A DNA stretch of 9,000 bases from Takakia lepidozioides (Eukaryota; Plantae; Bryophyta), in assembly GCA_030704615.1 (NCBI GenBank), contig JAKLZA010000147.1, positions 1 to 9,000 on the forward strand, written 5' to 3'. The notes under the pieces are model-generated. The model was not told the DNA's origin. It was given only the letters and a program-made list of their open reading frames with translations, and searched no databases. The position numbers and the translations under genes were made by a program. Each line of letters starts with the position of its first letter. Position 1 is the stretch's first letter. This document shows, piece after piece, positions 6,177 through 9,000 of this stretch.

Positions 6177-9000
6177 TTGTTTTGCCCACCCCGGTCATAT
6201 ATACTGGGCCTAGCGACAAGTGTTCCATACTCCGTTCGTAACACTGGTGCAGCCCGTGACTGCTCTTGCGGTTCAACATGCAAATCATGCTGCAGGGGTT
6301 TGTCATGGACACCACTGTACCCCTTCAACTTATTTGCATTGACTCTTCCCAGCATTTCTTTGTTAATGGTTTGTAACATGGCTGTGTTGTTATCATACAT
6401 CTTTTGTATGACATAAGGTCCTTTCCATGGTGATTTAAGCTTAGAAGCTTGAATCTTTCCTTTCTTCTGCAACCATAGAACCAAATCCCCCGTCTTAAAA
6501 GTCTTTAACTTGCCTTCATCAAACTGTTCCTTTCTCTTCATCTGAATTCTGGTCATATTATCAGCTGCATCAGCACGTACTTCTTCCACATGGTATAATT
6601 CATGTTTCCTGACCTTGATGGAGTCTTGTAATTCCATTCTTTTTTCCCCACTCCGTTCTCATGGTAGGTAACAGGAATTCCACTGGAAGTAAGGCTTCCA
6701 TACCATAAACTAATTGGAATGGTGTATACTTTGGTGACTTTATATGAAGTCCTGTATGACGACAAAGCTGTCAGCAGCTTTGTATCCCAATCCGTTCTGT
6801 TTGCATTGACTATCTTAGCCAAGATAGTACATAGTATTTTGTTGGTAGCCTCTGCCTGTCCATTACCCTGTGGGTAATATGTTGTACTCTTTCTATGCAC
6901 AATCATAAACTCTTTAGTCAATAACTCAATGGTCTCATTCATGAAGTGACTTCCTTGATCACTGATAAATTCTAAGGGACATCCAAATCGTGTAAGTATG
7001 TTCTCGTACAGGAACCTTGCTGTGGACTTGGCTGTGTTGTCCCTCAAAGCTTTAGCTTCCACCCACTTTGTAGTATAATCAGTGGCTGTAATTATGTACC
7101 TGTTTTGTGTATTCTTGGATGGTGGATTAATTGGTCCAACAAAGTCTAGTCCCCATTTCTGAAATGGTTCCGTAGGCATTGTAGGATGCAAGGCCATTCT
7201 TCCAGATCTCTGCAAAGGTCCTAGCCTCTGACATTCATCACACTTCTGACAATACTCATGTACATCTTTGAACAACGTAGGCCACCAGTATCCTGCGAGT
7301 AGTATCTTTCTACTGGTAGTCTCTTCTCCAAAATGACCTCCAGCCACTCCTTTATGAACTTCCTCCAAGACTTTATTTACTTCATGGTGGTACAAGCATC
7401 GTTTTAGTACCCCATCTGGTCCTAACTTATACATTCTGCTTCCTACCATAGTATAAGGTAAAGCTTTGATAGCGATTCTCTTCCTCTGCTCCTTACCATA
7501 ACTAGGTGGGCACTGACCATGAGCAAGGTAGTATCTGATTGGCCACTGCCAATCTAACCATTCATCTGCACTTCCTTGCACCTCCATTACAAATAAACTC
7601 GCATCAGGTAACTGATCGTCCACTCCTGTGGCGGCCTCTCCTGTTGTTAGTCGTGACAAATGATCTGCCACAAGATGCAAACGGCCAGGCTTGTAAATAA
7701 CCTCGAACTCAAACTCATGCAAGATTATTAACCACCTCGCTATCCTTCCACTTATCAAAGGTTTGTTCACCAGATATATCAGAGCCTGGTGATCCACATA
7801 AAACATAAACTTTCTTCCCAATAGGTAATGCCTGAATTTCTTCACTGCATAGATCATTGCCAATGCTTCTCTTTCCGTTGTGCTATAGTTCCTCTCAGCA
7901 CTGTTCATCAACCGGCTAGCATAGTACACAGGTGAATCTATATTCCCTGTAACATTCTGGGCTAACACCGCTCCCAACGCTTCTCCTGATGCATCGCAGT
8001 GAACATGAAATACTACATGCCAGTGAGGGTTAATCAGCACAGGTGTAGTTGTTACTGACAGTGTAAGTTCCTCAAACGCCTGTTGACATTCAGCTGTCCA
8101 TGCAAACACTGCATCTTTCTTCAGAAGCTTGCTCAATGGTGCTGCTATTTGTGCATACCTTTTGACAAATCTTCTGTAATAACTGGTTTGCCCAAGGAAT
8201 CTCCTTAAACTCTTAACATTCACTGGTGGTGGAGAGACTTTAATGGACTCTGTCTTCCTGGGATCCACAAGGAGTCCCTTCTTACACACAATGTGTCCCA
8301 GAAGCACCCCTGAGTTCACACAGAAAGTACACTTCTCTGGGTTCAAGCCCAGACCTCTCATCCTGCATCTGGCCAGGCATAACTCCAATTTATGCAAGTG
8401 CTCATTCTTAGAGCTGTACACACTGAAATCATCCAAAAACACCTGCATGAAATCATCCAGATACTCTTGAAAAGATTCACTTATCACTCTCTGAAAGGTC
8501 GCTGGTGCATTACAAAGTCCAAAGGGCATGACTTTGTATGCATAAGCCCCCCAGTTGTGATGAAAGCTGTTTTCCCTTGGTCTTCTTCTGCCACTTGCAC
8601 TTGATTATAACCACTGAAGCCATCCATGAATGAGTACATCTCATGGCCTGCCACAGTGTCTAATACTGCTTCTGTGAATGGCAAAGGGAAAGGATCTTTC
8701 TTCGTACAAGCATTCAGCTTTTTATAGTTCACACATACTCTTAGTTTGCCATTCTTCTTGGGAACTATAACAATGGGTGACAACCAAGTTGTATACTCTA
8801 TTGGGTATATAAACTTAGCCTCAGCCAACTTCTTTATCTCTTCTCCAACCTTCTGTGCGTAGTTGGGATTCATTCTATACCTCGCCTGCTTGATTGGTAC
8901 TGACCCTGGTTCCAGTTCAATTTATGCTGACAGACTTCAGGTGGTATCCCTTTTAGATCCTCATAGCTCCAAGCAAATACATCTCTGTATTTGATGAACA
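6110..9000 (-). CDS. pol: pol polyprotein (RT-RNase H-integrase), 5'-truncated by the window and interrupted by frameshifts near 8920, 8553, 6733 and 6645
   Basis: Joining frames gives ...YRDVFAWSYEDLKGIPPEVCQHK/IELEPGSVPIKQARYRMNPNYA...KTAFIT/WGAYAYKVMPFGLCNAPATFQR...YRTSYKVT/YTPFQLVYGMEALLPVEFLLP/...KSPWKGPYVI. These are conserved Gypsy Pol motifs spread over ORFs 8484..8873, 6553..8529 and 6110..6637. The true stop may lie further downstream (see findings). Confidence 0.93.
6315..7400 (-). other. Integrase: HHCC zinc finger, D,D35E core and GPY/F (SH3-like) C-terminal module
   Basis: VHKGVAGGHFG...CQKCDECQR; KWGLDFVGP; ISDQGSHF followed by exactly 35 residues to GQAE; FKTGDLVL...KLKSPWKGPYVI...VNANKLKGY. 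Confidence 0.95.
7648..8010 (-). other. RNase H domain (Ty3/Gypsy type), catalytic residues retained
   Basis: FHVHCDAS..LGAVL, YYASR, ERNYSTTEREALA, FYVDHQAL, RIARW and VADHLSRL give the D-E-D-D acidic tetrad. Confidence 0.93.
8280..8820 (-). other. Reverse transcriptase domain (approximate bounds)
   Basis: Motifs WLSPIVIVPKKNGKLRVCVNYKKLN, DPFPLP, YSFMDGFSGYNQV, MPFGLCNAPATFQR, catalytic FLDD at 8428-8439, LNPEKC and LLGHIV. One 1-bp deletion near 8553. Confidence 0.95.

Larger units (their letters stand above)
584..9000 (-). mobile_element. Ty3/Gypsy LTR retrotransposon (non-chromovirus, Athila-like); 3' portion, continues beyond 9000
   Basis: Domain order RT-RNaseH-integrase is the Ty3/Gypsy order, and PPT plus a TG-initiated LTR lie downstream. 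There is no chromodomain after integrase and no extra archaeal-type RNase H after RH or INT. The RH-INT linker DDQLPDASLF resembles the Athila-type linker. The left boundary is tentative (584 or 597). Confidence 0.93.

Noticed and set aside
6110-6320. Chromodomain or additional archaeal-type RNase H after integrase
   Set aside because: The sequence after the GPY/F module lacks chromodomain aromatic-cage motifs and RNase H motifs. The RH-INT linker is also too short to hold one.
1788-8604. Plus-strand ORFs (e.g. 1788..2138, 2528..2755, 4522..4881, 8243..8470) as antisense genes
   Set aside because: They are short shadow ORFs opposite coding sequence, with composition mirroring the minus-strand codons and no recognisable motifs.

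Overview
The window holds the 3' part of a Ty3/Gypsy LTR retrotransposon on the minus strand. It is plant-type, non-chromovirus and Athila-like. Reading from 9000 downwards it has: pol (RT, RNase H, integrase with HHCC, D,D35E and GPY/F motifs); a tandem array with 30-bp units built from 10-bp subunits (5797-6176); a very large sense-strand accessory ORF (about 5738/5324 to 1564); a hairpin and polypurine tract; and a probable 3' LTR. The LTR starts at 1530, probably ends at 584 or 597, and carries a second array of the same CTGTG/CACAG motif. The accessory ORF is split across about 10 frameshifts. Reassembled, it gives a roughly 1250-1400 aa protein: an Athila-ORF/Transposase_32-like N-terminal domain, an acidic linker, a long coiled coil, a Pro-rich hinge and an unrecognised C-terminal domain. 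The coding regions show many small indels but no nonsense codons in the restored frame, which suggests read or assembly errors in a young element. The most notable candidate system is this non-envelope protein paired with two helically phased CTGTG arrays. Bases 1-583 look like flanking, older degenerate coding sequence. All domain calls come from visual motif recognition, not database searches.
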